Notes: a model not told the origin generated them from the letters alone. A stretch of DNA of 64,000 nucleotides from an uncultured Actinomycetes bacterium (GCA_963725665.1 CAVRZA010000001.1:128001-192000), one strand, 5' to 3'; numbered from the stretch's first letter, positions 46,515 to 57,960 are shown. Made by a program: numbers and translations.

Positions 46515-48491
46515 CTAGTGATCGGTGCTGCTGACCCCCGCCGGCGCGGCTCGCTTCGACGCCTTCTTGCGCCCCTCTGCGCTCAAGACAGCCTTGCGCA
46601 TGCGGATCGACGCCGGCGTGACCTCGACGAGCTCGTCGGCGGCGATCCACTCCAAGGCCGACTCAAGCGTGACGGGACGCGGGACCTTGAGGCCGGCGTC
46701 GATCTCCTTGGTCGACTGCCGGTAGTTGCCCATCTGCTTCTTCTTGGTCGGGTTGCAGAGCATGTCGTCCCCGCGTGAGTTCTCGCCCACGATCATGCCC
46801 TCGTAGACGCGGTCCATGGGCGAGATGAAGAGACTGGCCCGGTTCTGCAGGTTCTCGAGCGAGTACGAGGCCGCCTCCCCCGCCGCCTGGCTCACCAGTG
46901 AACCACGGCTGCGGGCTGGCAGCTCGCCGCGCCAGGGACCGTAGCCGACGAAGCGCGCCGCCATCACGCCGAGACCCCTCGTTTCGGTGAGGAAGTCGGA
47001 GCGGTAGCCGATGAGGCCGCGCGTCGATATGCGGAACTCGAGGCGCATGATGCCGGTGCCAGTGGCCTGCGCCCCCACGAGCTCGCCCTTGCGCAGCGAG
47101 AGCTCCTGGATGACCGTGCCCTGGTACTCTTCGGGCACGTCGATGACGAGCTGCTCCATCGGCTCGAGCAGCCTGTCGTGCGCATCGCGGTGGGTGATCA
47201 CCTCTGGGCGCGAGACGCAGAGCTCGATGCCCTCGCGGCGCATCTCCTCGATGAGGATCGCCAGGTGCAGCTCGCCGCGGCCCGACACCTTGACGCCGTC
47301 GGGGCGCCCCAGGTCTTCGACGCGGAGGGCGACGTTGACGCGCACTTCTCGCGCGAGCCGCTCCTTGATCTGGCGCAACGTCACGGCGCGGCCGTCCTCA
47401 CCCGCGAAGGGGCCGTTGTTGACGAGGAAGAGCATGGCCACCGTGGGCTCCTCGATCTCGAGCGGCGGCAGGGCAGCGTGTTCGAGATCGATGGCCGAGA
47501 GCGTGTCGCCGATCGTGATCTCGTGGGGGCCGGCGAGCCAGACGACGTCGCCGGCCGCGACCTCCTCGACCTCGCGACGCTCGAGACCACGCGTCACCCA
47601 CAGGTGGGACGAGCGCGCCGGCTCGCTGCCGGCGACCTCCCAACCCGCCTCGGGGTCGCCGAGGTCGAGCCGGCGCGTCGTCGTGCGCCGCAGCTCGTCG
47701 CCCACCCGGTGTGTGCCCTGCAGCACGCGGCCGCAGCCGATGCGCCCGATGTAGTCGCTCCAGGCGAGCGTCGAGACCTGCATGAGGAAGGGCGCGTCGC
47801 GCTCGACCTCAGGCGCCGGCACCTTGGCGACGATCGTTTCGAAGAGGTCCTTCATGCCGGCGCCGGCGAGCTCGGCGAGCACCTCCGGTGAGAGCGCGCC
47901 GAGCTCGCCGGCGCGCTCGTGCTCGGCGCGGTCGATCTCCTCGCGCCGGTACTCGTCGAGGTCGGCGACGATCCACCCCTCGAGGCCCGAGCCGTAGAGC
48001 ACGGGGAAGTCGAGCTGCTCGTCGTCGGCGCCCAGCTCGACGAAGAGGTCGAAGGTCTTGTCGAGGGCGCCCGACGGGTCGGCATTGGGCCGGTCGGCCT
48101 TGTTGACGACCACGATCGGCCGCAAGCCGAGGCGCAGCGCGCGCATGAGCACGTAGCGCGTCTGCGGCATCGGCCCTTCGTTGGCGTCGACGAGCAGCAG
48201 CACCGAGTCGACCATGCTCAGCACGCGCTCGACCTCGCCTGAGAAGTCGGCGTGGCCGGGCGTGTCGATGATATTGATGAGGTAGTCCTGCCACTCGACC
48301 GTGCAGTGCTTGGAGCGGATCGTGATGCCGCGCTCGCGCTCGAGATCGGCCGTGTCCATGACGCGCTCCTCGACGAGGGCGTTCTCGCGGAAGACGCGCG
48401 TGGCGCGGAAGATCGCGTCGATGAGCGTCGTCTTGCCGTGATCGATGTGGGCGATGATGGCCAGGTTGCGGATCTTCTCGCTGGGGTGCAC
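46515..48491 (-). CDS. typA: Translational GTPase TypA/BipA
   Basis: [54 protein letters not shown]. Confidence 0.96.
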   Translation of the reverse strand: MHPSEKIRNLAIIAHIDHGKTTLIDAIFRATRVFRENALVEERVMDTADLERERGITIRSKHCTVEWQDYLINIIDTPGHADFSGEVERVLSMVDSVLLLVDANEGPMPQTRYVLMRALRLGLRPIVVVNKADRPNADPSGALDKTFDLFVELGADDEQLDFPVLYGSGLEGWIVADLDEYRREEIDRAEHERAGELGALSPEVLAELAGAGMKDLFETIVAKVPAPEVERDAPFLMQVSTLAWSDYIGRIGCGRVLQGTHRVGDELRRTTTRRLDLGDPEAGWEVAGSEPARSSHLWVTRGLERREVEEVAAGDVVWLAGPHEITIGDTLSAIDLEHAALPPLEIEEPTVAMLFLVNNGPFAGEDGRAVTLRQIKERLAREVRVNVALRVEDLGRPDGVKVSGRGELHLAILIEEMRREGIELCVSRPEVITHRDAHDRLLEPMEQLVIDVPEEYQGTVIQELSLRKGELVGAQATGTGIMRLEFRISTRGLIGYRSDFLTETRGLGVMAARFVGYGPWRGELPARSRGSLVSQAAGEAASYSLENLQNRASLFISPMDRVYEGMIVGENSRGDDMLCNPTKKKQMGNYRQSTKEIDAGLKVPRPVTLESALEWIAADELVEVTPASIRMRKAVLSAEGRKKASKRAAPAGVSSTDH

Positions 48492-48615
48492 GGGGTTCGC
48501 AGCCTCTCTGGGTCGGCGATGGAGGCCTGATGCACGGGGGAGGCCTTGCGTCCAGTGTACACGGCGCGCAGCGGCGACTCCCACGTCACTGGCTCCGAAT
48601 CCGGTGAGCCAGCGG

Positions 48616-49536
48616 CTAGTGCGCGAAGGTCAGGGGGACGACGATGACGTTGATGCGCGATCCGTCGGCCATGGAGGTCTCGTAGGCCACCAGCCGGCCG
48701 CGCTCCCCCCTGCGGCGTGAACGACAGGCGCAGGCGGAACGTGCCTCGCGTTCCGCTCCCCGAAGTCGCCATCACCCGCTGCTTGACCAGCTTCGTGCCG
48801 CCTGGCGTCTGCACCTGAAGCCAGAAGACGGCCTCGAACGTGTTGGCGGTGCCCCAGACGAGCAAGGGACTCTTCACCGTCTCGCCGACGGTCGGCGACT
48901 CGACGAAGATGGCCGGCGTGAACTCCTCGAAGGAGGCGCGGCTCACCGGCTTCGTGAAGTCGATGCCGCTGCCCTCTACGGCCAGCGGGTCGCCGTTCTG
49001 CAGGAAGCGCACGCGGCTCGCCAGTTGCTTTCCTATAGTGAGACAGCGAGTGGTCTGCTTTGGCTGACAGAGATTGACATCTACCATGCTGAACTGGGTG
49101 GCCGTGTAGGTGAGCTGCGCGAGGCGCTGCAGGGTGCGTTGCACGCCGCCGGCCACCAAGCCCCCGCCCACATCGACCACAGCGGTGCCGCCGTTCATGC
49201 TGACGCCGAGAATGCCAAGGTCGCCGGGGACGGCCGAAGAGAGGCCCGCCGCCTGCTCGACGGCGGTCGGTCCCGCCAGGAGCTGCCTGAGAGCCGCGAC
49301 CGCCACCCCTTGCGTCTGCGGCACGCTGCGGTGAGCGGCCGCCACCTTGCCGTCGCGCAGGAAGTACACGGAGAGCTGCGTGGTCGGCGTGGACGTGACG
49401 CGGTCGTCGGTGAGCCGGAGGGGGTGATGGTGGCGCTCGGCGACGGCGAGGCGGTGCCGCCACAGGCGGCCGCGATCGCCATCAGCATCGCGGCCGCAGC
49501 CACGAGTGCACAGGCCCGGAGCCGACTGCCATTCAC
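48616..49536 (-). CDS. GerMN + Gmad2 (Ig-like) lipoprotein with two frameshifts (~49398, ~48707) and an in-frame insert
   Basis: Lipobox IAAAC; VYFLRDGK, LLAGPT, RLAQLTYTATQF; PAIFVESP, GTANTFEA, SGSGTRGTF; true C-terminus GRLVAYETSMADGSRINVIVVPLTFAH*. Confidence 0.8.
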
Positions 49537-49710
49537 GGTGCACCTTCCCCAGTCTCGAGGGCATGCCCGACAATCTCAAGCATACCCAGTGGGACGTCCT
49601 GGCATGATGGTGCGACCGTGCCGTGCCCGCAGATTCGGGCAAGGCTAGCGGCGAGCCGTCGGTCTGAGTACAAGCGCGGCCGTGTGGCCGCCTGTGCTAC
49701 AGTGCTGAGC

Positions 49711-50616
49711 GTGGATCGTCGTCTCCTACCGCTCGTCCTCGCCGCCCCGCTGGCGCTGGCGCTGCTCGCTACGGCCTGCGCCGCGCCGGCGCCGGGGACG
49801 TTCGGACCCTCCGCGGTGGGGGCGGCGACGGTGCAGAGCGACTGGCAGCACACGCTGCAGGTGGTGGCCAATGTCAGGGCGAAGCCGCCGAGCCTTCCCG
49901 TCGTGTACCTGCTCGGCGGGTCCGTGGCCCGGGAGTGCATCATCAGCGAGGCCAGCTGGGCGGCGGCGGTGCGGGAGGCAGGCGGGCCCGCCGCCCTCAC
50001 CTACGATCTGGCGTCCGGCGACCGCAGCGCCGCCGAGGACCTGACGCTGGTGCGGGAGTTGCCCCGCGTGCCCGCCATCGTCCTCATCAGCGTGAACGTG
50101 GGCCGCTTCACGCGAGCGCCGTCCGCGCCGAGCATCAGGCTGCCGGCGCCGTCCTCGCGGTTGCCCGCCTGGCGGCAGCACCGCTACTCCAACCCGCTCA
50201 GCCCATCGGCGAAGAAGGCGCAGGTCACGACATGGATGCAGCGCCGCTACCCGCTGTTCGTGCGCTACTACTCGTTCAACCTCGGCAGGCTCGAGCAGCT
50301 CATTAAGGCCTGCCAGGCGAAGGGTCTCCGACCGGTGCTGCTCGACCTGCCACGCAACCGCGAGATCATCGGCGCGGCGATGGATGCTCCCGTGACCCGC
50401 TACCACCGTAGCTGCCAAGCCCTGGCCGACAAGTACGGTATCCCGTGGGTCAACCTCGTAGCGGCCGCCAAGCTCGCCAACCGCGACTTCCGCGATCTCT
50501 GGCATCTCATCGGGACGGGCCGCGCGAAGTGGCAGTCGCTGCTCGCTGCGAAGACCGCTGCCCTCCTCGACAAGTACGGGATGGGCTCCTCGCCCACGCG
50601 CACGGCGTCGCCGTAG
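49711..50616 (+). CDS. Secreted SGNH/DltD-like protein
   Basis: Signal peptide; YLLGGSVARE, FRDLWHL (DxxH). Confidence 0.65.
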   Translation: MDRRLLPLVLAAPLALALLATACAAPAPGTFGPSAVGAATVQSDWQHTLQVVANVRAKPPSLPVVYLLGGSVARECIISEASWAAAVREAGGPAALTYDLASGDRSAAEDLTLVRELPRVPAIVLISVNVGRFTRAPSAPSIRLPAPSSRLPAWRQHRYSNPLSPSAKKAQVTTWMQRRYPLFVRYYSFNLGRLEQLIKACQAKGLRPVLLDLPRNREIIGAAMDAPVTRYHRSCQALADKYGIPWVNLVAAAKLANRDFRDLWHLIGTGRAKWQSLLAAKTAALLDKYGMGSSPTRTASP

Positions 50617-50655
50617 TCCCCGACCGTCACGCCGCGCACCGCTGCACCGGGATCC

Positions 50656-51135
50656 TCAAGCCGCAGCAGCCGTCGCCAGTGATCCACTCGATTCCAGGGA
50701 CTTCTTCAGGGCTCTTACGGTCCTTCTTCGCTCCCCCCGGCCGATGATGATGACCATCGGCCTCATCACCCGGAAGATGCCGTGCAACTCCGACTCTGCG
50801 ACGTGATGCACCGCGGTGCCCTCAGGGACCGGCACGAACTCGTACCGCAGACGCGCCTCGACGACTGGGCTGCGAAACCAGCGCAGCGTCTCCTCGAAGA
50901 CAACCCGTGATGGCCTCTCAAACTCGACGATCTGGCCGCGAAAGGTCCCCATTCTGCCTTGATCGATGAACGTTGTGCCCAAACCCACGGGCCCATTGGA
51001 TGTCTGGCTGCTCCTCTTGAACACACCGGTGCGGGGCATCCAGTCCGAATAGTGCGACAGGTCGATCGCTCGCTCGAACACCTGCTCGACTGGACGCTCG
51101 ATGACTTCATCGACCTCTACTCTCACTGCGCTCAT
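50656..51135 (-). CDS. SRPBCC (polyketide cyclase-like) protein
   Basis: AAGGAG RBS; IERPVEQVF...WMP...GPVGLGTTF...LKKSLE. Confidence 0.85.
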   Translation of the reverse strand: MSAVRVEVDEVIERPVEQVFERAIDLSHYSDWMPRTGVFKRSSQTSNGPVGLGTTFIDQGRMGTFRGQIVEFERPSRVVFEETLRWFRSPVVEARLRYEFVPVPEGTAVHHVAESELHGIFRVMRPMVIIIGRGERRRTVRALKKSLESSGSLATAAAA

Positions 51136-51451
51136 CGTTGACTCCTTGCTTGGTTCACGTCCATTGACAATCTCCCCGTATGCCCCTGCACTCGTCATTC
51201 AACGCTGTTTCAGCGACTCGCGGACGACCCATGCGGCAATGATTCGATCCGCCCCAGGACTTGGCTGAGACGCAGCAGATGAGCCGCGAGGGCGGGGCAA
51301 CAGCTGAGGCGACGAGCCCCTGGGGGCGAGCTCAGGCAACCCTTCAGCCTATCGAGACAGGCTCACGGGTTCACCGCTCCCACACAACTGACAAGGGAAT
51401 GCGACCGGGCGGGTATCGCATGCAAGGCGCTTCGGTCAGAATAGAGCCAGG

Positions 51452-52006
51452 ATGAGTCGCAGCAGGTCGAACAAGCGGCAGCCGTCCGGGCAGGCTCCCG
51501 GCCGGACATCGCGTCCTCAGCCGGGCGCCCGCGCGATCCGCACCATCAGCTTGCTGGTGCTCGTGTGCGTGGTCTCCGTTGTGGCTTTGCTGATGGTCAT
51601 CTCGCTCGTCGGGTTCGTGGTCAGGCCCGACCCAGCGGTGAGGGCGGGTCCCATGTACGTGACGCTCACGCTTACCACGGGCGCCGCGCTGCTCATGCTG
51701 GTCCTGGCGCTCAACGCCTCGTTCCTGCCCTTCATGTCCCGCCAACGGGTGTCCGACCTGCAGCTCGTCATGCTGGCGATGGCCGTCACTGGTGTCGTGA
51801 CCGGCCTGTTGACCGTCGGAGGAGAGGCCAACGCCTTCGTCAAGCGCCTCATCCTCGGCGGCATCGCGTTCATATTCATCACGATGCAGAACGCCCGTCT
51901 GGCTCGGGCCCGCGAGGCGGGCCCTGCGGGGCAAGCAGGGCAACCTACTCCGCAGGTGCAGCCGCACCCCCGGAGCCGACAGCGGCGCGGAGGGCGGAAG
52001 CAGTGA
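51452..52006 (+). CDS. Hypothetical four-TM membrane protein
   Basis: Four hydrophobic segments, basic termini, high-GC3 codons. Confidence 0.7.
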   Translation: MSRSRSNKRQPSGQAPGRTSRPQPGARAIRTISLLVLVCVVSVVALLMVISLVGFVVRPDPAVRAGPMYVTLTLTTGAALLMLVLALNASFLPFMSRQRVSDLQLVMLAMAVTGVVTGLLTVGGEANAFVKRLILGGIAFIFITMQNARLARAREAGPAGQAGQPTPQVQPHPRSRQRRGGRKQ

Positions 52007-52037
52007 CCGGGCATGCGACGTCACCGGGCTGCAAGAC

Positions 52038-52416
52038 TTGAGCGAACCTGGCTCTCCGAACCCGATGGATCACTCCGCCTCGGCCCGCAAGCTGATCTCG
52101 ACGGCGCCGTGGACGTTCTTCGGGGTGCCGGGCTGCAGTGCCTTGGACGACCTCGACGCGCAGGTGGCGTTCCTGGGCGTGCCCTTTGACGCCGGGACTC
52201 CCCAGCCCGGTATCCCCACCGGCCAGGCGGCCGGGCCCAGCGCCGCACGTCTCGCTTCCCGGGACCAGTTCTCCTATGGCGACAGCGGATCGCTGGGGTG
52301 GTACGACGTCGAGACCGACCGCGATCGCCTCGTCGGGGTGACGATGGCCGACGTCGGCGATGTCACGATCCAGGGGGCCCAGCTCGAGTCCAACTTCAGC
52401 CGCATGACCGCGGTGA
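52038..52416 (+). pseudogene. Agmatinase/arginase-family gene, 3'-truncated
   Basis: TFFGVP, VAFLGVPFDAG, GPSAAR, ADVGDV; ends before the GGDH and DAH metal motifs. Confidence 0.8.
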
Positions 52417-53041
52417 CATTGGCGTTCTGCTCGACGAGCAGGATGGTCGTTCCCTGAGCGTTGATCTCCCTGACGATGTCGAAGATCCTCTCGACCAACA
52501 TCGGGGCGAGCCCCATCGAGGGTTCGTCGAGCATGAGGAGCCGGGGCCCTGCCATGAGTGCGCGACCCATGGCAAGCATCTGCTGCTCGCCGCCCGAGAG
52601 CGTTCCGCCGGCCTGGGACACGCGCTCGTGGAGGGCCGGGAAGAGGTCGTAGACGCGGTCGAAATCTGCCCTCAGATCCTGGCGCCGACGCGCGAAAGCA
52701 CCCATCTCGAGGTTCTCCCTCACGGTCATCCGCGGGAAGATCTTGCGCCCTTCGGGAGCCTGGGAGAGCCCGAGCGTGACGACCTCACAGGGCGGCACGG
52801 TGGTGAGATCGCGGCCCAAGTACACGACTCTGCCGGACCGCGGCCGTTGCAGTCCGGAGATCGCGTTGAGCATGGTGCTCTTGCCGGCGCCGTTCGCGCC
52901 GATCAGGGTGACGATCTCGCCGCTCCTGATCTGCAGGGAGACGCCCTTCAGCGCCTCGATGTTGCCGTAGAACACATGGATATCTTGCACGTCGAGCATG
53001 AGCTCGGCGGTCGTGGGCGCCTGTGCCGCGGTGGCCTCCAT
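52417..53041 (-). pseudogene. livF: LivF ABC ATPase, 3'-truncated after the H-loop region
   Basis: GANGAGKS, LSGGEQQMLAMGRAL, LDEPSMGLAP, LLVEQNAN; then reads into antisense agmatinase and lacks the AL...RGYVLETG tail. Confidence 0.85.
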
Positions 53042-53866
53042 CTACGCGCCCTTCCCCAGGTAGGCCTCGATCACTTTGGGGTCGCTGCGCACCTTGGCGG
53101 GTGAGCCTTCGGCGATCTTCTCACCGTGGTCTAACACGACGATGCGGTCAGAGGTGCCCATGACCACCTTCATGTCGTGCTCGATGAGAATGATGGTCAT
53201 GCCTTCGTCTCGTATCCGCCGGATGAGGCGCATGAGGTCGGCCGTCTCCTGGGGGTTCATGCCCGCCGCCGGCTCGTCGAGGAAGAGCAGCGTCGGCTCG
53301 GTGGCCAGAGCGCGCGCGATCTCCAGGCGGCGCTGCGACCCGTAGGGCAGGTTCTTGGCCAGTTCGCCGGTGCGGTCTCCAAGGCCCACGTACGCGAGGA
53401 GAGCCCGACTCTTGTCGCGCACGTCTTTCTCCTCACGAACCGCGCGGCGTGTGCGCAAGATGACGCTGAGCACGTTGCCATGCGTGCGGCAATGCTGTCC
53501 GACCATGACGTTCTCCAGCGCCGTCATCTCGTTGAAGAGGCGGATGTTCTGGAAGGTGCGCGCCACGCCCAGTCTGGTCACCTTGGACGGGAGCAATCCG
53601 GCTATGTCGCGATCCATGAAACGGATCGATCCCGAGGTGGGTGGATAGACGCCCGTGATCGCGTTGAAGAGGGTGGTCTTGCCGGCGCCGTTGGGGCCGA
53701 TCAGCCCCACGATCTCGTTCTGGTCGGCGTGGAAGTCGACGTTGCTCACGGCCACCAGGCCGCCGAACGCCTTGACGAGCTGCCTGGTCTCGACCACGCG
53801 CCTGGCGGGCGGCATCGCCTGTGCGCGCGGGAGTGGACTGCCGCCGGTCACGTCAGTGGGCGGCAT
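53042..53866 (-). CDS. livG: LivG ABC ATPase
   Basis: [38 protein letters not shown]. Confidence 0.93.
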   Translation of the reverse strand: MPPTDVTGGSPLPRAQAMPPARRVVETRQLVKAFGGLVAVSNVDFHADQNEIVGLIGPNGAGKTTLFNAITGVYPPTSGSIRFMDRDIAGLLPSKVTRLGVARTFQNIRLFNEMTALENVMVGQHCRTHGNVLSVILRTRRAVREEKDVRDKSRALLAYVGLGDRTGELAKNLPYGSQRRLEIARALATEPTLLFLDEPAAGMNPQETADLMRLIRRIRDEGMTIILIEHDMKVVMGTSDRIVVLDHGEKIAEGSPAKVRSDPKVIEAYLGKGA

Positions 53867-55001
53867 CTGACCACTCCTGTCGTTCGTGGTCGGCCTCGGC
53901 TCTGCTGCTGGGGCGCATCTCGAGCGCCACGCGCATGGAGCCCAGCAGACCCTGCGGGCGGAACACCATGAGCAGCACGAGGACCAGTCCGAGGGCGATG
54001 CCGCGCAACTCCGGGTGCACCTGAACGAAGGGGAAGTCGCGCAGCCACTCCTGGAGAGCGATCCAGATGGTCGCACCCAGGACCGGACCCGCGATGTTGC
54101 CCATGCCGCCGAGGACCACCAGGCTCAAGATGAGGAACGACTCCATGAGGATGAAGCTGCTCGGCGAGATGTAGTTGAGGTAGTGGCCGAAGAAGACGCC
54201 CATCATTCCGGCGAAGAAAGCGCCGGTCGCGTAGGACAGCAGCTTGTAGCGGGAAGTGTGGATGCCCATGGCCTCGGCCGCCACCTCGTCCTCGCGGATG
54301 GCCGTCCACGCTCGGCCGATGCGGGAGCGGACGATGCGCGAGATCGTCCAGAGCGATATCACGGCCAGCCCGAGGCCGAGGAAGTACAGACTCGTCTGCG
54401 CCTGGAACTGGAAGCCGAAGAAGGCAGGCTTGGGGATCCCGGGGATCCCCGAGGGACCGCGCGTGAGCCCGACCCAGTTGCTGGCGACGATGCGGATGAT
54501 CTCCCCGAAGCCCAGCGTCATGATGGCCAGATAGTCTCCGCGGACGCGGAGTGTCGGGTACCCGAGGATGGCGCCCGCAGCCGCAGCCAACAGGCCGCCC
54601 ACCAGGAGGTTCACCCACATCAGCCACCAGTACTGGTCGATGTCGACCCCGTACTTCACCAGCAAGACGTTGTGGAAGATGATGGCCGTGTAGTAGGCGC
54701 CGATGGCGTAGAAGGCCACATAGCCGAGGTCCAGAAGTCCGGTGAACCCGACGACGATGTTAAGGCCCGAGGCGAGCACCACGTAGATCACCACTACAGT
54801 CATGAGGGTGATCCAGCGGTCGGATTCGACCACGAACGGCAGGACGATCGCAAGAGCGAGGAGCCCCACGATGAAGGCCCGCTGCCTGCGGGTCGGTCCC
54901 CCGATCAGGGCGGACGCGATGGGGTTGAGCTTGGTCGTGAACAGGCCGCCCGCGTCGGTCTCCTCGTCGAGGGCGCTCGACCTGTGCCTCCGGCCGAACA
55001 T
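53853..55001 (-). CDS. livM: LivM permease
   Basis: [44 protein letters not shown]. Confidence 0.93.
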   Translation of the reverse strand: MFGRRHRSSALDEETDAGGLFTTKLNPIASALIGGPTRRQRAFIVGLLALAIVLPFVVESDRWITLMTVVVIYVVLASGLNIVVGFTGLLDLGYVAFYAIGAYYTAIIFHNVLLVKYGVDIDQYWWLMWVNLLVGGLLAAAAGAILGYPTLRVRGDYLAIMTLGFGEIIRIVASNWVGLTRGPSGIPGIPKPAFFGFQFQAQTSLYFLGLGLAVISLWTISRIVRSRIGRAWTAIREDEVAAEAMGIHTSRYKLLSYATGAFFAGMMGVFFGHYLNYISPSSFILMESFLILSLVVLGGMGNIAGPVLGATIWIALQEWLRDFPFVQVHPELRGIALGLVLVLLMVFRPQGLLGSMRVALEMRPSSRAEADHERQEWSDAAH

Positions 55002-55002
55002 C

Positions 55003-55941
55003 CTACGCCTTTTGGGCGATCGTGGACCCGAGCAGACCCGAGGGCCGGAACGAGAGGATGAAGATCAGGATGACGAACGCGAACGCATCGCGGTACTGCG
55101 ACCCCAGCGGAAGGTAGGCCGAGCCGAGCGCCTCGATGACGCCCAGGGTCAGCCCGCCCAGAAAGGCCCCCGGGATGTTGCCGATGCCACCCAAGACGGC
55201 GGCGATGAACGCCTTGAGGCCGGGATTGAAGCCCATCAGCGGCCAGGCCGCGTTGTAGACCCCGCCGTAGAGGCCACCGGCGAGCGCGCCCAGCGCCGAT
55301 CCGATGAGGAACGTGATGGCGATCACCCTATTGACGTTGACCCCCATGAGGGCGGAGGTGCGCTTGTCCTGGGCGGAGGCGCGCATCGCGCGCCCCACGC
55401 GGGTCCGGCGGACGAACATCGTGAGCAGGAGCATGACCACGACCGTGACGCCGACCACGAAGAGCTGGAAGTGAGTGATCTGGATGCCCCCGAGCACGAT
55501 GGAATTGGGCTCACCGGCAGCATTTGAGAACAGCGGGATCGTGGGGAACGCGACCTGCTGCGATCCGAAGATCGCCTGAGCCACGTTCTGTAGCAGCACT
55601 GAGACGCCGATCGCGGAGATGAGCGCCGCCAGTCTGGGAGCGTTGCGCAGCGGACGGTAGGCGAGGCGCTCGATGACCACGCCCATGAGCCCCACGGCCG
55701 CCATGGCGATCAGGATGGCCAGGAAGAAGTTGAGGTGAGGCATGTTCACCGTGTGGCCGAACAGGGCGATGTCGGGGGACATCATCATGATGGTGATGAA
55801 CGCCCCGAACATGAAGAGCTCGCCGAAGGCGAAGTTGATGAGCTCGATGATGCCGTACACCATCGTGTAGGCCACCGCGATGAGCGCGTAGAGACAGCCG
55901 ATCATGAGGCCGTTGACGAGCTGTTGGCCGATTGAACTCAT
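55003..55941 (-). CDS. livH: LivH permease
   Basis: YALIAVAYTMVYGI, KAFIAAVLGGIGNIPGA, RPSGLLG. Confidence 0.94.
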   Translation of the reverse strand: MSSIGQQLVNGLMIGCLYALIAVAYTMVYGIIELINFAFGELFMFGAFITIMMMSPDIALFGHTVNMPHLNFFLAILIAMAAVGLMGVVIERLAYRPLRNAPRLAALISAIGVSVLLQNVAQAIFGSQQVAFPTIPLFSNAAGEPNSIVLGGIQITHFQLFVVGVTVVVMLLLTMFVRRTRVGRAMRASAQDKRTSALMGVNVNRVIAITFLIGSALGALAGGLYGGVYNAAWPLMGFNPGLKAFIAAVLGGIGNIPGAFLGGLTLGVIEALGSAYLPLGSQYRDAFAFVILIFILSFRPSGLLGSTIAQKA

Positions 55942-55981
55942 GGCGACTCGAGGTCCCTCGCCTGCTCCAGTGAAGAAGGTC

Positions 55982-56017
55982 AGGGAGGGGCGAGAGCAGT
56001 CGCTCTCGCCCCTCCCT
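55982..56017. terminator. Perfect 16-bp intercistronic stem-loop between livK and livH
   Basis: agggaggggcgagagc-agtc-gctctcgcccctccct. Confidence 0.75.
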
Positions 56018-56040
56018 CAACGACGGTGCAGGACGGCCTG

Positions 56041-57222
56041 CTACTGCGCAGGTTGCTGCGGCGCCGTGACGAGATGGCCGCCCTGCACGACGACGAGGGC
56101 CAGTGGCTTGACCACGTCGCCGTTCTCATCGAACGTGATGGGGCCAGAGATGCCCTGGTAGGTGCCGATGGTGCCGAGCGCGTCGTTGATCGCGGTGCGG
56201 TCGTTCTTGCCCGCGTTCTTGGCTGCCGTGGCGGCAAGCATGACGACGTCGTACGAGTTGGCCGCGAACCAGTCTGGATTCGCGCCGTTGTACTTGGCCT
56301 TGTAGGCGGCGACGAACTTCTGCACGGCCGGATCGTTCTTCGAGTAGTCGAAGAAGGTCGAGACGAGCATGCCCTCGACGGCGGCGCCGCCGAGCTTGGG
56401 CAGCACGTCGGAGGCGTAGCCGTCAGAGCCGAGGAGCTGCACGTCGAGGCCCAGCTCTCTCGCCTGGCGCGCGATCTTGGAGCCTTCCGGATAGTACCCG
56501 GACATGAAGAGCAGCTCGGGAGAGGCGGCCTTGATCTTGGTGAGCTGGGCCTTGAAGTCGGTATCCCCGCCGGCGTACTGCTGCTTTGCCACGACCTTGC
56601 CGCCGGCGGCTGTGAGCCCGGACGCATAGGCATCGGCCAGGCCGCGCCCGTAGTCGGAGTTGTCGTAGATGATGGCCACGTTCTTCTTGCTCAGGGTCTC
56701 CACGCTGTACTTGGCGAGACCCTGGCCCTGAAAGGAGTCGGTCATACAGATGCGCCAGACGAAGTTGCCGAGCGTGGAGATGTCGGGGTTGGTGGCCGAC
56801 GGCGAGATCATCGGCAGGCCGGCGGCCTGATACTTGGCGCCGGCCGCGATCGTCGCGCCCGAGAACATGTGGCCGTCGACCACGACAATGCTCGTGTCGT
56901 CAATGAACTTCTGCGCCACGAGAACGGCTTGCTGGGGGTCGGCCAGATCGTCACCGATGACGTAGGAGGCCTGGCCACCGTTCACGCCGCCGGCTGCGTT
57001 CAGCTCTTCGACGGCGATCTCGGCACCCTGCTTGTGCGAGGTGCCGTAGGCGGCGTACTGACCTGTCATAGGGCCGGCCGCGCCGAACTTGAACGCGGTG
57101 GCACTGGGGCTGCTGGACGAGCTGCTGCTGCCGCCGCCGCAGCCCGCGACGGTGAGAAGCGCGAGCGCCGCCGCCAAAAGGGTGGCAAGAACGAGTGCCG
57201 GCTTGGAGTGGGTCCTGTTCAA
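56041..57222 (-). CDS. livK: Branched-chain amino acid ABC binding lipoprotein
   Basis: TTG start after GGAGG; lipobox VAGC; GPMTGQYAAYG, DYGRGLA, GISGPITFDENGD. Confidence 0.92.
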   Translation of the reverse strand: MNRTHSKPALVLATLLAAALALLTVAGCGGGSSSSSSSPSATAFKFGAAGPMTGQYAAYGTSHKQGAEIAVEELNAAGGVNGGQASYVIGDDLADPQQAVLVAQKFIDDTSIVVVDGHMFSGATIAAGAKYQAAGLPMISPSATNPDISTLGNFVWRICMTDSFQGQGLAKYSVETLSKKNVAIIYDNSDYGRGLADAYASGLTAAGGKVVAKQQYAGGDTDFKAQLTKIKAASPELLFMSGYYPEGSKIARQARELGLDVQLLGSDGYASDVLPKLGGAAVEGMLVSTFFDYSKNDPAVQKFVAAYKAKYNGANPDWFAANSYDVVMLAATAAKNAGKNDRTAINDALGTIGTYQGISGPITFDENGDVVKPLALVVVQGGHLVTAPQQPAQ

Positions 57223-57388
57223 TGTACCTCCCCTGGATGCTTGACGAGCCGTAATGACGCCGCTGCGCAGGCAAGATGCGCGTAGCCCCGGAGTTGTTCG
57301 GCAGTCTAAGAGGCGCGTGTGACAGCGTCAAGGAGGCGCGCCAGCGCGAGGCGCCGTGCGCACCGCCGCGTCACGAACCGAGCGGCAC

Positions 57389-57838
57389 TCACCGAAGGCC
57401 GCGAACCGTCATGACCGGCACCTTGCTGGTGCGCTTCAGGCGTCGGGCGGTCGAGCCCGCGACGAGGTCGTGCAGGCGACCTCCGCCATCATCGGGCATG
57501 ACGATGCACTCGGCCTCTATCTCGGCCGCGACTTCCTCGAGCAACCGGACCGGGTCCTCGGGACTGCATCTCGCGTCGGCATCCACGCCGGCAAGCCGGA
57601 TGCGCATGACCTCGTGCCTCAGGTCCTGCGCTGTCTGCTCTTCCCACTCCCTCAGCCAGCGTCTTTCGTCGATCCAGCCGAGGAGGAACGGCGCCTTGCT
57701 GAGGTCCGGCGGCCGCTCGTGCGTGCACACGACGGCGACGTCGCAGTCGCCTTGCCCTTTCGCGAGGGCGATCGCTTTTGCGGAGGCCGCCCTGGCTCTT
57801 GGAGATCCGTCGTAGCCGACGACCACGTGGCGTGACAC
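57389..57838 (-). CDS. Universal stress protein
   Basis: VVVGYDGSPRA...GSTARRL...VPVMTV. Confidence 0.85.
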   Translation of the reverse strand: MSRHVVVGYDGSPRARAASAKAIALAKGQGDCDVAVVCTHERPPDLSKAPFLLGWIDERRWLREWEEQTAQDLRHEVMRIRLAGVDADARCSPEDPVRLLEEVAAEIEAECIVMPDDGGGRLHDLVAGSTARRLKRTSKVPVMTVRGLR

Positions 57839-57933
57839 TAGGCACTGCCGTCCGTGTCCCTGCTTCTCATAGTCGAGCCGTCCGTGGGTACGCAGCCTGG
57901 ATCGCCGACTGCCACCCACGAGTGGGTTTCCCC

Positions 57934-57960
57934 GCCGCGCGGGGTTCGACACCGCGCGGC
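57934..57960. terminator. GC stem-loop immediately downstream of the HOT gene
   Basis: gccgcgcgg-N9-ccgcgcggc. Confidence 0.5.

Noticed and set aside
49032-49049. T7 promoter or Nextera adapter contamination (cctatagtgag / gagacag)
   Set aside because: Only short partial matches, not the full vector motifs; retained only as something to screen for.
57934-57960. tRNA T-arm fragment (GGTTCGAC)
   Set aside because: A simple GC hairpin after a stop codon, with no acceptor or anticodon context.
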